This document shows positions 20,001 through 33,100 of a stretch of DNA of 64,000 bases, piece after piece. Each line of letters opens with the position of its first letter. Position 1 is the stretch's first letter. Below the pieces are notes generated by a model. The model did no database searches. It was not told where the DNA came from and worked only from the letters and a program-made list of their open reading frames with translations. Both the position numbers and the translations under genes were made by a program. Source of the DNA: Magallana gigas (Eukaryota); the NCBI RefSeq assembly GCF_963853765.1, contig NC_088861.1, positions 19,654,001 to 19,718,000 of the forward strand, read 5' to 3'.

Positions 20001-23000
20001 AATGCGGCGAGTGAATGAGAGGCGAGAGCAAGCCAACCGCGAGGACATGGAGTCTAAGAGCCGCATGATGAGGACCATGGAGGAGAAGAGTAAGCAGGCA
20101 GATGACCTTAAGGAGGAGAAAATGAAAGAGGAGCAGGAGAAACAGAGGCTCAGGTATGAGGTGGTGAAACAGAGGCTCAGTTATGAGGTGGAGGAGTAGG
20201 GGGTCTGTTATGAGGTGATGAAACAGAGGCTCAGGTTTGAGGTGGTGAAAAAGAAGCTCAGGTATGAGGTGGAGGAATAGGGGCTCTGGTATGAGGTGGT
20301 GAAACAGAGGCTCAAGTACTAGGTGGTGAAATATAGAGTCTGGTATGAGGTGGTGAAACAGAGGCTCAGGTATGAGGCAGCTATAATGAGGCAGTGAAAT
20401 TCCACTGTGTAACATGGTAACTGTGCCTGTATTTTGAGGCTGAATTATGGCTGCTTTAACAAGTGGCTCAACTCCCTTATGTGAAATTATGAGACTATGG
20501 TACAGTAAGGGGTAGGAATTTGCTGATTTAAAGAAGTTCTTATTGTGTTCTCATTAATCAGAAGATATAGACATTATCTGTATTTTGAGAATTCAGTGTT
20601 CCAATTATTTTCCTACTAAAGCATATGTTTTGTTTAAGATAAACACTGTTTCAGAAGTATAGTCCAACTTTTTTTTTTTTAAGAAAAATTTTTAACTTTT
20701 TTTACATTGTTTCTAAAACTTAAGAAAAACATAATAAAACAGCTGTAAAATTCATTTACAAAATACTTATAGGTTTAACATATATATCAATCTTTACTTT
20801 CAAACCTTTGTTAAAGATAATGGTGTACATGTACATTGACAGGTTTAAAAAGCTGGAGGAAGCAGAGGAGAGACGCCGTCAGGAGGAGGAGGAGAGAGCC
20901 CGTAAAATGAAGGAACAGGTCAGTATGTGTTACTTCAGCCAATCAAAGCTCCTATCGGACGAAAACTTTATATTATATCTTGTATCAATCACACATTCTT
21001 AATATGCTGTGGATTTTTTTTTTATAATTCTGCACAGTTTATCGCTAATGAATAAATATTCTGAAACAAAACATAAATGTAGTAGAATGACAGTTTTTCA
21101 AAATGGTTTACTTGTTCTGGAATCACAACTTTCATTCTATTTCTGTATTTGTATTTTCAGAACTGTTCATCTTCTGAAAAACCTTAGAAACTAATGTTCC
21201 ATAAAATGTCAGAGTTGGCTTTAAGAATGATACCAAGATCCTTTAATAAAAACCATAGACAATGTCTAAGAGAGAAAGAAGTCATGTTATAAAACAATTC
21301 CGGGAAATAACTAACTTGCATGCTATTTCCTATTTTGATTGGAGAAGCATTCACTTACATTGTAAAAATAGTCCCAACATTTGTATGACTGTGTGTGTTG
21401 TGTCCACTTTGGTTTTGCAAAATTAAACAACACAAGAAACACAAAAAATACCCTCATAGTATAACTTCTACAATTCGTGTTGCAGGAAGAGATGGAACAG
21501 AGGAACAATGAGTTCCTACAGAGGAAGAAGGAATACGAGGAGCAGGAGAGGTTGAGGAGGAAGGCTGAGGAGAGGAGGAAGTTTGAGGAGCGAATGGCTG
21601 AGTTTGAGCGGGAGAGGGCTGCTGAGCACGAGAGACTGAAGAAGATCGAGGAGGAGAAGATCCGGGAGAGGCAGAAACTCCGGGAGGAGAGGTCATGATA
21701 CATACTACCCAGGATATACATGTATATGTGTATTTTGGGAGTGTTGAATAGATTTCATCTTTTATCTGTAGGATTAATGAGGGAAACAATTCTCTCATGT
21801 ATGATATATGTATACAATCTTAGATTAATATACAATGACATCTACAAAAAAAGTTACTGAAGCCAATTATATAAATCTTCTCTTTCTCACTAAAAAAAAA
21901 TTTTTAAATTTACTGTTAAAATCCCAACAAGTGGCAATGCAGATAAAGCTCCCTCTAAATGATCTTAAATAATTAATTAGAATAATAATACAAAGATATG
22001 ATGGCGGAAATAAATATTGACTATTTTCTACAGGGAGAGGCAGCTAGCCAAGGAGAGAGCGGAGCGGGAACGCCAGGACATGGAGAAACGGAAACAGAAG
22101 GATCTGGAGCTGAAGCAGAAAATGGAGAAGATCAAGGAGCTGGTAAACACATCTGTAGATCATTTCTGACTCTTGATCCTGAAAGATTAAATGTCTCACA
22201 CTCAGTAGATAATCTACATGAGGCTCTGGAGCCATAAAATATAGACAAGCTCACTCTTGACCTTGATTATAATTTTAGGAAAGAAATTTATACTGGTAGC
22301 CGAAATGTAAGAGTGAGATCAAAAGTGAGCTTATTTTAATATATTGTATGAATTTAGAGCCTGTAGTACTGATTAAAAAAATGGTGTAATTTGCCATTAA
22401 GTTTAGAATATTGTCAATGTAGATGTAAAAGTAATGGCTGATGGAGTTGAAAAATAGGTCCATTCTGTTGCCATTTTTTTGCAATCAACTTATGGTTTGA
22501 AACTGCTTTTCTATTCTATGAAGTTTTGTGTGATGTTTGGTTAAATAATGGCAACATAAATATAGATTGGCAAGATTTTTCTAACCATATATTCCAGGAA
22601 AAGAAACGACTTATAGAAGAAGAGAAACGTAAGCTAGAGTTGAAGGAGAGAGAGCGAGCCATCCATGCCATCGTCAACAAACACAACATGTCCACTCAGG
22701 GGTACACGGCCACCAGTGCTGTCTCCAGCTTACCCAAGCCAAACCTCAACTCTACGCAACCAGTGGAGCAGCCAGTCAACAGTCAGGAAAAGATGCCAAA
22801 CCCAGACTCGTAAGAAATCTTATTTGATTAAACCTCTCTCTCTCTCTCTCCAAATTTTGAGGATGTCCAAGATATAGATCTATTGGTTTTTCTGCATTTT
22901 ACAGTTACGAAATGACTCCAGCAAAGAAATACTTCCCCAATAAGATTTCTCTAGAGAGTTACGACATATCAGATCTTCGATCAGATGATTCCACTGATGA

Positions 23001-23366
23001 AGATGACGCACCTAAAAAGAAAGTCCCCACCTGGGCTTTAGGTAGGACGAATTCCTTGAAATAATTGTTTTCAAGATTTCATCCATACAAATGTAATCTT
23101 GAGGGGTCACAATGAAAGGATAGCTGTTGTGGCTAATTGCAATTGTTTAATGTATTGATATTTAATTACTTTTTTGTATAGGTGCATCTTTGAAGGCTGC
23201 GTTGATTCAACAACACTATCATCCCCCGGACCTAAACCTGCTGTTCACAGAAATTGTTCCGCCAGATCTCAATGAATTATTCATCAAGAAGAAAGCTCGC
23301 TTCAACAAGAGGACAAGCTCAGCCATCTGGACGTCTCCCATCCTCAAACCCGGCATGAACTTCTAA
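11080..23366 (+). CDS. INCENP: Inner centromere protein (INCENP), 18 coding exons, ~1189 aa
   Basis: Exons 11080-11306, 11704-11817, 12037-12652, 12775-12837, 12941-13956, 17788-17887, 18228-18258, 18443-18464, 18675-18726, 19092-19217, 19636-19745, 19986-20153, 20843-20918, 21486-21691, 22034-22142, 22598-22809, 22905-23041, 23182-23366. All GT-AG with consistent phases; sum 3570 nt. Contains N-terminal WAEELLEEVRREF and LLPKTPS, an acidic/SP-rich middle, VKSFLHQNTP, a long E/K/R single-alpha-helix region and a C-terminal IN-box (SYEMTP...YDISDLRSDDSTDEDDAPKKKVPTWA...PPDLNELF...RFNKRTSSAIWTSP). Confidence 0.92.
14068..15690 (+). repeat. Satellite-like tandem array of a 177-bp unit, with higher-order units at the 3' end
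   Basis: Unit starts (ctggttaaagtttttgttgcagg...) at about 14068, 14234, 14411, 14588, 14765 and 14942. An extra ~160-bp block occurs twice (~15095-15253 and ~15522-15670), separated by another core unit. Confidence 0.9.
15921..16545. mobile_element. Nested non-autonomous element with a long terminal palindrome (family uncertain; Crypton-like is a guess)
   Basis: GC-richer insert within AT-rich repeats. Hairpin 15942-16045 has ~45-bp arms around gacgcgaagcgga; a second palindrome (ccggtcaatat...atattgaccgg) lies near 16472-16500. No ORF. Confidence 0.5.
16560..17370. repeat. AT-rich degenerate low-complexity/microsatellite region (atatc/atatt/tgata-type motifs)
   Basis: Hundreds of bases of short degenerate aatat/tgtat/gatat motifs. 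A similar stretch lies at ~15740-15920, on the other side of the nested element. Confidence 0.75.
17873..18040 (+). repeat. 31-bp tandem repeat copying an INCENP exon end and donor region
   Basis: gacacaacctcagag-[gtag/aata]-gcacagtctaat repeated ~5 times, starting inside exon 17788-17887. Confidence 0.85.
18745..19010 (+). mobile_element. tRNA-derived SINE (degenerate)
   Basis: tRNA-like head (agtagcgcagtg...cccaagtttgatcccc), a central gtgggttttctctgggaactctggctttctcccaca segment resembling the conserved domain of invertebrate/vertebrate SINEs, and an A-rich tail. Confidence 0.55.
20140..20380 (+). repeat. 27-bp tandem repeat copying an INCENP exon end and donor
   Basis: aaacagaggctcaggtatgaggtggtg-like unit, ~9 degenerate copies, starting inside exon 19986-20153. 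Confidence 0.85.
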
Positions 23367-23819
23367 AAGTGAACAGGATGAACATTTTAACAGAATGATT
23401 GTGTTTGTGTGAGAGCATGTATTGTATGATAATACTTGTAATTTCTTTTTATATGAATGTTTCGGTTTGCATGGACAAAGTGTGCCAATATGTGACAGGT
23501 AATACATTTTTATTTATGGGTAAGTTTTAAGTTGGTTGTTCCTTATTTCAAGCTTTGTGGTATGTTTGTTTGATGCATATATATACATGTGCTGTACTAG
23601 AAAAGTAAAATGTTTGGTTTAGATGATCATATATGCATTAGAAGTGCATGTAGAGTTGAAAACTGTATATGTGGAGAAAATCATTTTTTAAGGATCTAGA
23701 AACATAAATACTAGTATTAAAAAAATCAAATGGTGCATCCTACTTAGTTTCATCTTGTCTTTTATTTCATTCATATACTTTGCAGGGTGTTTTTGGAGAT
23801 ATTGATAAATTTGTATGTT

Positions 23820-23866
<47 letters not shown>

Positions 23867-25177
23867 GAATTTTCATAAAACCTTAAAAAAAAAAAATTGT
23901 TGTTTAAAACATTGAAAAATATATGATGTTATGTGCAGGGATATAATTTGAGACTCAGTTTTGTTGTAAAACTTGATATGCAGTTAAACTTTTCAATACA
24001 GAAAATATGCATTCTCTGTATAAGTTTTGATGAAATTGTACTTGTTAAATGTTAAAATAACTTTGAATTTTTTCAAACATTTACTTTATACTTTGAACGT
24101 TTACAGGTGAAAATTGTTACTAGTTTAAAATGATTCAAATACATGTGCTGATGTAAGAAAATGTAGATAAGCTGATATTTAATTACCATTGATACGTGTA
24201 ATTTTTTATGGACAATTTTTCTATTAAATATGTATAATAAATTGTTGTTTGCTTTGTCAAGTGTTAAAGACCGGTTCTGTGCTAAACTGTTCTGTAAACG
24301 GTTCTGTGATCCCCACTGAGATGGGCTGATTAATTGACATTTGGCGGGATGCAGGGAGTGCCTCCCCACTGAAAATATTTCAACTTCACATGATTCATTG
24401 TAACTGGTCCATTCCATTTTATTTCTACAAAAGGGTAAATTATTGTTTTATTCAATATATATATATATAAACCCTAAGGTCTATACACTTAGCTCTGTAA
24501 TAATGAAATCACTTGATCATAAAGAGTAAACTTTAAATCATATTTGACTCATAAATATACCTATGGAAATAAAAATATGTATCCTGGTACACCACATGAA
24601 AAAATGATACGGTCCGTATTATGAAACGTAAAAGTGCAAGCAATATTACATTTCACAACATAGCAAGTAACCATTGTAAAGATATTAGCGCGCATCATGG
24701 AATATGCCAACAGAGCAATTGCTATTCATAACGCCATGTTCACTAAATAACGTTGTTTATTTCTTAAATAAACAGAAAAATGTTGGAAGATCATACATGA
24801 AATACTAGTATATATCAGATTGGCTAACAATATCTATAAAATACATGTACATAACACAGAGAAGATATAAGGAATTAACATATTGAATTCTCTCTCAGCT
24901 TTGAAGCTTTCAATTAATATTAACAGTTTCTGAATGGATTTGAAGTTATCAGGAGAAAACAACAGTAAATTAGAAAAAAGGGTTTTTTTTGTAGAAAGGT
25001 TTTTAAATATTTGAAAATGCAGGGCAACTAGAACAAAAATGATATACCGTAATTAATTCGTCTTTTAACTCTATTAACAAGATACAGCTGTCAATGTGAC
25101 AGCAAACAAGTTTTTCTTTTGTGTATTAAACAGTATACATAATCCATTTGTCAATGAAAAAAATCAAAGTTTGTATC

Positions 25178-25335
25178 AGGCTTGGGGCGAATTACATTGT
25201 AAAGTAATGCATTACATTATCATTACTTCATGAATTTGGGCATTAAATTACCATTACCATTACTTGATTTTCTTGAAGTAATGCATTACATTACCATTAC
25301 ATGAGTAAAGTAATGCATTACCATTACCATTACTT
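25178..25335. mobile_element. Probable MITE fragment with (CATTAC)n subterminal repeats
   Basis: caggcttggggcgaattac start followed by repeated gtaatgcattac/cattaccattac motifs. The right end was not defined. Confidence 0.4.
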
Positions 25336-26160
25336 TGTTTTAAAAAAGTAAAGCTAATAAAGAGTTTTTGCAAATGTTTCAAATATAAAACACTCTTTAA
25401 CATATCTACAGGTTCATGCTCAGTATCAGGTCCAAATTCAATGACTATACAAGAGTCATTCTTTATTTGCTCAATATATAATCATCTTGTGGCATTATGA
25501 ACAACATATTACATAAGTAAAATGATATTTATAGACATTTGGCATGATACAATGTAGCATACGAAATAGAGACACAGAATTACATGCATAACAAAAAACA
25601 ATTTATGGAATAATGTTGCGGTTATCAAAAGCTAAATAGAGATATTTCCCCTGATTACACAAATCTAAATAATTTTGGACACTTAATTGTATTAATTCAT
25701 AAACAGATGGTTTTTCCCAGTTATATTTCTTAAGATACTGTATTTGAATCGTATTTCTTTCTACTGAGGACACTTTAAGACAAAAGATTGCTGTTGCACT
25801 TTATGATCGAAGTTTCAAAGGGTTCATCTTTTAACTGCATCCTGTAAGATTGAAATTCTTCCCAGCTATACTAAATATTATCAAAACCGATTTGGTTTGA
25901 CTTTTCCTATAGCGTCACGATCATTTCTGTCAGCTACGTCATGCATAAATTATACACGCCGCCGTTGTGAAAACTTTATGATTGGTTAACTCCTTTTCTT
26001 AGGCGGAGTTATCAGTACACGCTTATGCAATGCCAGAGCTGAAAGATTTCTCAGAACACATGAAATGAACGCTTAGCACATGCAACTTTTAAATATTATA
26101 TTTTTTATAACGCCGTACTCTGGACCGTAGCTTGAGGCTATGACCCAGTTTAACGCTCGT

Positions 26161-26203
<43 letters not shown>

Positions 26204-27290
26204 CACAGAATTTAAACATAGGGGATAGTCGATTTTGAATTAATCATATTTGGGGGAGGGAACTCGAAGTGATAGATATGAATTCCTCGATTTCTACACC
26301 TTTTGATCGGCAATCGACAGTCAATAAAAGAATTGAACGATCATGGTGTGAAAGAACGAGACGGAGAGTGCAAGGGGGTTTGTACATGTGCGTCTTCATT
26401 AGGCAAGTGTCCGATTCGTTTTTCTTCTGTTGCCCTATCACTTTCGGTGTAAATATATATACTAAAATATCCACAAACCATTTACTGCAGATTTCTTTAT
26501 TTTACCTGTCTCTGAACCACCGATCACCAGCTCCATACATGAACACTGGTTTGTTTACATACATAAAAAATACAGTTCTTGATCCGCTTTCCGCGTACGG
26601 TTAAAGGTTGTTTAATAGGAGAAAGTTTGGGGCTAGTAAAATACAATTAGTAACAGTAGTAAACTAAATGAAGAATTATTTAAATGGATTATTTGCACAA
26701 AATGTGGTATGGTATGATGCAAATCTTTTTTAAAAATAGCGTTATTTTTATACGCGGCAAATTGCCGTAAAAAATGTTTTGTACATGTAAGCATTGTACA
26801 TGCACTGTAGCTTTATATTTTCTAACCCAAAAGTTATACATAGAGCTACAGCTATATTATGCTATGTACCGTATGTATTGTTTTATCACAAGTGTACGTA
26901 CACTTTCGAAAAATAGCCCAATTTCGACAGTCACGAGTACCCATGTGAATTTTTCATTCTCTGATATGTTGTTGTTCTGTCCGTGCATAATTTAGTCTTA
27001 GTTAACCAGCAGCCAATCAGCGGTAAGCTGAATCCACCAATAAAAAAATTGTGGTTAAGGTGCGGGTATTGTTTATGTATGACGTAGCTGAAAGAGTTGA
27101 ACGCGACGCGATCGGAAAAGTCAAACCAAATCGGTTTTAGTAATAAATGTTTTACAGAAGCAGTCGAAGCTTGGACTGAAAAGTACTGTTTGACGATTTT
27201 TATCTTAGGATATATTAAGTGCAATAATAGAAAAAATACATGAATCTTGTATTTTCTATCAGTCCAAACTAATGTACAGTGTACTTAATA

Positions 27291-27354
<64 letters not shown>

Positions 27355-30193
27355 AGTAAGTAAAATTATTTTCAAATGGGTTATAATATTGGAAGTGATA
27401 TTGATTTTCATCATGGATGGACAGTGCATTCATTTTGCTTTTAAAGGTGCATGTCTGTCTGCTATTCTATTGGGACATAGCGAAGGGAAGGAGATTGGGG
27501 TGTTTAGCACTTCTTATAACAATAGATTGTTTTGATACTTAGATTATCATGGGGGCATAGTGTGTTGTTGACACATTTCTTATTGAAGTGCAAACTACAT
27601 GTAATTGGAGTAAATTGTTTAAATGATTAAAAACTCTTAATAACAACACTCTTAAAAATGTTATGAAATTGTGCTGTTATATTTAGTAATATTAACAATT
27701 CAAAAATGAATTTTTAAAAATATTTTTTTTAATAATACAATTAAAACATTTTTATCTCAAGAATTATTTCTTTCTTCTTAAAAAATAAATTTAGTCAAAT
27801 TCAATTTCAATTTCAACTATTCAAACTTTGTATGATGATTATCTCTATGGTGCAAATCGGTATTTGTAAAATTAAAATGCAAATAACTTCCTATCTTGAA
27901 AACCTTAGACAGAGTTGTCTGAACAAATGATGCACCCTGTGTGAAATGATATTAAAGCTTCAATGCGTATCATTTATCATTTATTTCATATATATTTAGT
28001 CAGAAAAGTTTGGGTGAACACGTTGAACTTTGGTGTATATTTTATTTAACCCTCTGGCCGCGACATTCATGAACATAAAATACTTTATTGCGACATTAAA
28101 GAAAAGATAATTTTTTAATATAAGATATGTGAAGTATATGTCATTTTGCCCTGGAAAAGAACTGAATCGCAGTTTCCGTGAAAGGGGTCTATAATAAACA
28201 CTAATGCGTTTGGCGTAAAATGCATCGTGTAAATTGATAACTTTAAGATTTCCCGCGTTTTCACAGTGAACAGGCGAGCTGAACAGGCACGTGTTCAAGA
28301 GGGCGTTTACGACACCATTGATCTTTCGTTATGAAAACTGAATTTAAAATTTGTACCTGATTTAATTAATTTTTATTTCAATCATAATTAAAAAAAATTC
28401 AAAATAATTAAGTTGTTAAAGTATTTAAACGCATGCGAAAGAAGAGGAGAAAATTATAAAATGAGGGTTTTTGTTTTTACGACATTCGTAAGCAGTTCGA
28501 TGTCAACAATATCGTGGCATTTCATGATTTGTTCCTGAATTTAGAAACTTATATGTCCGAAAGCTAGGATTATAAACACGTAGTCTTTATTTTGCTATTT
28601 CGGTCATGACGGGGGACTAAGTTGATGAAAGATCAAAGGACTTTTTTACCTGAGTCAAAATGAGACAGTGAGAAGACAGAACAGGTAGGGGTTTTGTATC
28701 GTGCATAATTGATGACTGATCAATGTATCTACCGTGTGTGTGTGTACTGTGAGTTGTGATAATACGCAGTTTTTTTAGTGCTCTAAAACTTGGTCTATAA
28801 TATATGACAGTGATTGCATAAACTGCTACTGACTTGCTGGACGTGTAAAGAAGAGTTCCTTAACTTTCAGAATCATGCTTGCATTTTCCTATAGACAAAC
28901 ACATACGTAAGGTTTAAGGCAATTACATGTACTTGTAGACTTTCAAGGGATTATTTTTATATACCTTATAGCCAATTGCAAATTATTTATTTTAGGGTAT
29001 TGCATAAGCTAAGGTGACAAAATTTGAAAATTTAATAAATTATAGATTTTTTCAAAGAAACTTCATGTTTGGTGAGTGTTACATTGCCTGAGGTCATATC
29101 AGTATCATCTTTATGGATGATGTCAATATTAAAATGTACATGTTTTACTTCAAAGAATTTCATGTTTTATCAAGCATCTCGATCTTTTATTCATCTTGCA
29201 CGCATAGATGGTCCCAAACGGATATGATACAGCTGATATTAGAATTCTTTAAAAAATTTATATCATTATAGTCTGTCACAATTAAGATATTTATGCAGCA
29301 CATTTGGATGATTTTTAATAAAAATACACATACCAGATTCATACCTGTGAAAGAAGTGCAATTGAAATCGATGAATTTAGGGAAAATTACCAACATATCT
29401 TCATTGACACATTATTATACTCCACTCAGAAATTCACAATTATGGAGATTTATAATAGAAAATGTTGATATCTTTTCCGATCTCCATTCTCAAATACTAA
29501 GAATATCTTGCACAATTTTTCGACATTATCATCTGGGTACTTTCGTCTTGCTTGCAATGCAAAATCCCTATAGTAAGACTTTTATTTTTAGCTGTGTATT
29601 GAAACCTGACAAGCTAGAGGGGGCGTTTCAAAGGAGAAATCTTTTGAGTTACAAAGTTCATCAAAAATGTAAACAAAACTTTTTTACACCACATTCATCT
29701 TGACTTATGCTTTACTGATTCATCGAATAAATAATTGCATTTTTGAAGCCCAAATTATGACCTCTCTCTGAATTTCAGCTTGAAAAAGGATGTGTATTAC
29801 GATTTGTGCTTACATCAAATTTATGACAGTCTATTATAATCATATTCTCAAAATTTGGCCCAAACTTCAGCTGTTTGTCATAGTAAAAATCTTGATAGAC
29901 CCACAAATTTCTTAAATGAAGAATTAATTTATAAAATGATATATTGTCACAACACTCGGACAAGTGAATAAAGTTTATTAAATAGTAAATTGGCTAGACT
30001 TGATTTGCAAAATTGAATTTGAATTTGAAAATAGAATTGGCTAGTGTAAAAATTTAAGATTGTAATGATTGATAGTTACAAATAAAGACTCAGTCTACTG
30101 GTACTTAAACTAAATTGGCAAAATATGTGGGAATAAAAAATTGACTTTCAATATTGTTTTTTTTTTAGATGAATGGATTGGAAATAAAACAGA

Positions 30194-33100
30194 ATGCCGT
30201 TAGACCGACGAGCAGGCTTACAGCTGGGGCTGCTGTTAATGGCGGTTCCTTTACAGTACATCGTCTCTAGATACATGACAACCAATGAATCTCAGCGAAG
30301 CTATGCAATAAGAAAGTAAGATTTGTCTCTGTCAAACAATCGTGACATTTTCGTGACATCCAATAAATCTGATCTAACTCAGCGTCGGAACCCACAGGTT
30401 TTCTCTTGGCTTATACAAAGCAGTGTAATGGAGAAAAAACCTGTGGTTTCTGACGATGATCAAAGCCATACAGTAAGAAAGTAATTCCATCTCAATATAT
30501 GATTTATATAGAGTCATTATATCAATTCTTGATAGCATTGAATCTCAGTGAAGTCATGCAATATTACAAAGTAGTTAAGTTATGATACTTTGTCTTTTTG
30601 ATTGTTTGTCATTGAATCTTAAAAAGCTATCCAATTTTTCAAATTTTAGTACATAAATTGTTTGTTATGTAAGCCAGCTATTGTCATGATTACTTTGATA
30701 TCAGTTTAATATTCACCAAATAACGCAATCTCTATTACATGTATTAATCTGAAGCTGATTTAAAAACTATTTACTAACATGGACATAAAGCATAACATTA
30801 GCTGCATTCAGCATGGTCAGTCTTGACATTGTGTAAAATTCATTGGGTTCGTGAAATATTTTCTTCTCATTTGTGTGATGTAAATCTATTTTGAATTACT
30901 TAAACTATGCATAGCATGGAAACTCGCACCTGTTCTAATGAATCCATGAAATATGAATTTATAAATGCTTTAAATTCCTAGAGTATGCTTGAAATCAATA
31001 CTAGTTAAGCATACTCTGTTGATCTAGTAAGCAGCATTGAAATGAATTATTCAGTAATTAACAGAGTCCATTTTTTTCCAGCCTTTTTAACAGTGCAGCT
31101 GGTTTTAAGGAGAGGTATCTATCATGGAAATCCTGGCAGCAATGGTGCATGAGTTTTATCTTCAGGGACGAGCCAGGGAGCTATGCTGGACAGGAAGACC
31201 TCAATGGGGAATCCCCGGCCCTAGAGGTCATAAAGTTCAAGGACCCAGAGGGGTATTTTGGAGGTTTGTTTACCTGATTACAGAAATATATCATACCAAG
31301 TTACCAACTATTGATGCAGTATTTAATAATTTAAAAGATGAAAATGGTGTACAAGTTTATTGATAATACTGTACAGTAGAATCATTAAAATTCGTGGTGG
31401 CTCAATTTTCGTGGTATTCGTGGGTATTCGTGGGTAGCCCTCCCCCACAAATTTACATCCTCAACGAAAACAAATTTAGAAAGAGTTATCTTTGTTACTG
31501 AAACTAAAAACGGGCGCATCCATGAAATTACATCCCCACGAATAAGCAAAAAATCCACAATCCACATAAATTGGCCCCCACGAATTTAAATGATTCCACA
31601 GTAACTTAGTTTCTTGTACCCATCTACCTGTCTAATAATTGTTATAGTGTAAAAAAATAAGTGGTTGATGATAGAAGCAGAGACACACTTCTATTGCATT
31701 TTTGGGAGTTGATTTTAATCAACTGTCCTATGCACTTAGGTACTCGGGCAAAGCGAAAGTGAAACAGTGTTTGGACCTAAGCACAAATTAATACCGCTGA
31801 CAACACTTAGTTCTTGAAAATAATCGATTAATTCAATGCTATGTATTCTGAAGCATTGTTTTTCAAGAAAACTTATTTATTAATACCATGAAAATGATAA
31901 GATTTTAAATTGTACAAACAGTTTAGATATTTTTTAAAGTCTTATGTATTCCTACGCTAGAGTTCAATGTAGTCTCGTTCAACCAGATGCTTGGCTGTCT
32001 CCGTTAATATCCGACAAAACAGAGCCTCTCTTGCTTGTCGGAGATAAACGGAAACAGCCGAGCGTTTGGTTGCATGAACATGACAAGATTTCAATCTTGC
32101 CTGGATCCATACAATTTCTTAGAAATATTTCGATTACTGATACTACTTGCCATGCAAAATCACATATCGTTGATTTTGAATAAATGATAATCCATAAAAT
32201 CAACTCCTGTCAGTACTTCAGTACTTTGTTTATCATTTCACTTTGTTTATTTGTTTACTGTTGTAATACTTACTAGGTTTATAACTGACTAAGGAAATCA
32301 GTCATTGATAAAGTCCATAGAAGGCTTGGCTTTGGCTTGCTTTTTATAGACCTTAACAAACCCACCGAATTTCAAAGTTAGTCAGTTACAAACCATATAC
32401 CGGTATGTGTTTTGTTTTGGAGATGAAGAATTTTAAGCAATCAAGTATATATAAACAAATATAAGAAAAGCATGTTGGTACATTTCATGACAGAATTACA
32501 GAAAGACTGTCTAGTGAATTTACGTAGTAGTAATTGCCATCAACTTTCTGAAAGTCTAAAATCAACTGTCTCTCTCTGCTTTCTTACCTCTGCTGCTCTT
32601 TAAATTGATTGTAAAGATTTTGGAACTCTGGTTTAATCAGTTGCTCCACTTTACACTCTTCCTCCTTTGTCTGTGGAAATATTTCATTTGATGACCATTG
32701 CTGTTTTTATTTTAAACGTTGTTACGTCATGTTCAAAAGGGGATTACTCAAAATGTTTAAGAACTGAGAATTTTTTTTAATGCTGGAACATTTGGGTAGA
32801 TATTCAGTTAAAAAGATGTTAATTCCACCTTGAAGCCACTTAAATTTTTCATGCTGCTGTCTAAAAAAAATTTAAACGGCATTCAAGTGATACGCCTTAT
32901 CCAATCACAAAATGTCATTCTAGTACGAAGGAAAATAAAATATTTTCATCACCTAGAAAATTGAAACCAATCTTGTACTTTTGTGTTTACATTTTGTGTT
33001 TTAATATTTAGAACAATTTTCCACATGGCTGATGTGGTTTTGTGATAAAAAGACCATTAAGGGTATTATCACATTTAATTTAATGAATTTAATTTTAGCC

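Noticed and set aside
14068-20380. Regular repeats (177, 31 and 27 bp) as a CRISPR-like array
   Set aside because: The units are contiguous with no unique spacers, lie in eukaryotic introns, and no cas genes are present.
19855-20415. 186-aa minus-strand ORF with HHLIPEPLF repeats
   Set aside because: Produced by the antisense of an INCENP exon plus the 27-bp repeat; no independent coding evidence.
26240-28910. Possible divergent non-coding first exons (donor-like sites at ~26510 minus, ~27355 and ~28910 plus) and ORFs such as 26269-26604
   Set aside because: Only isolated splice-like and CCAAT motifs; no spliceable coding partner or homology recognised.
31944-32203. GC-richer intronic segment with 74-79-aa ORFs on both strands
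   Set aside because: Not needed for the YccV gene model, whose phases close without it. It may be a transposon fragment, but I recognise no motif.
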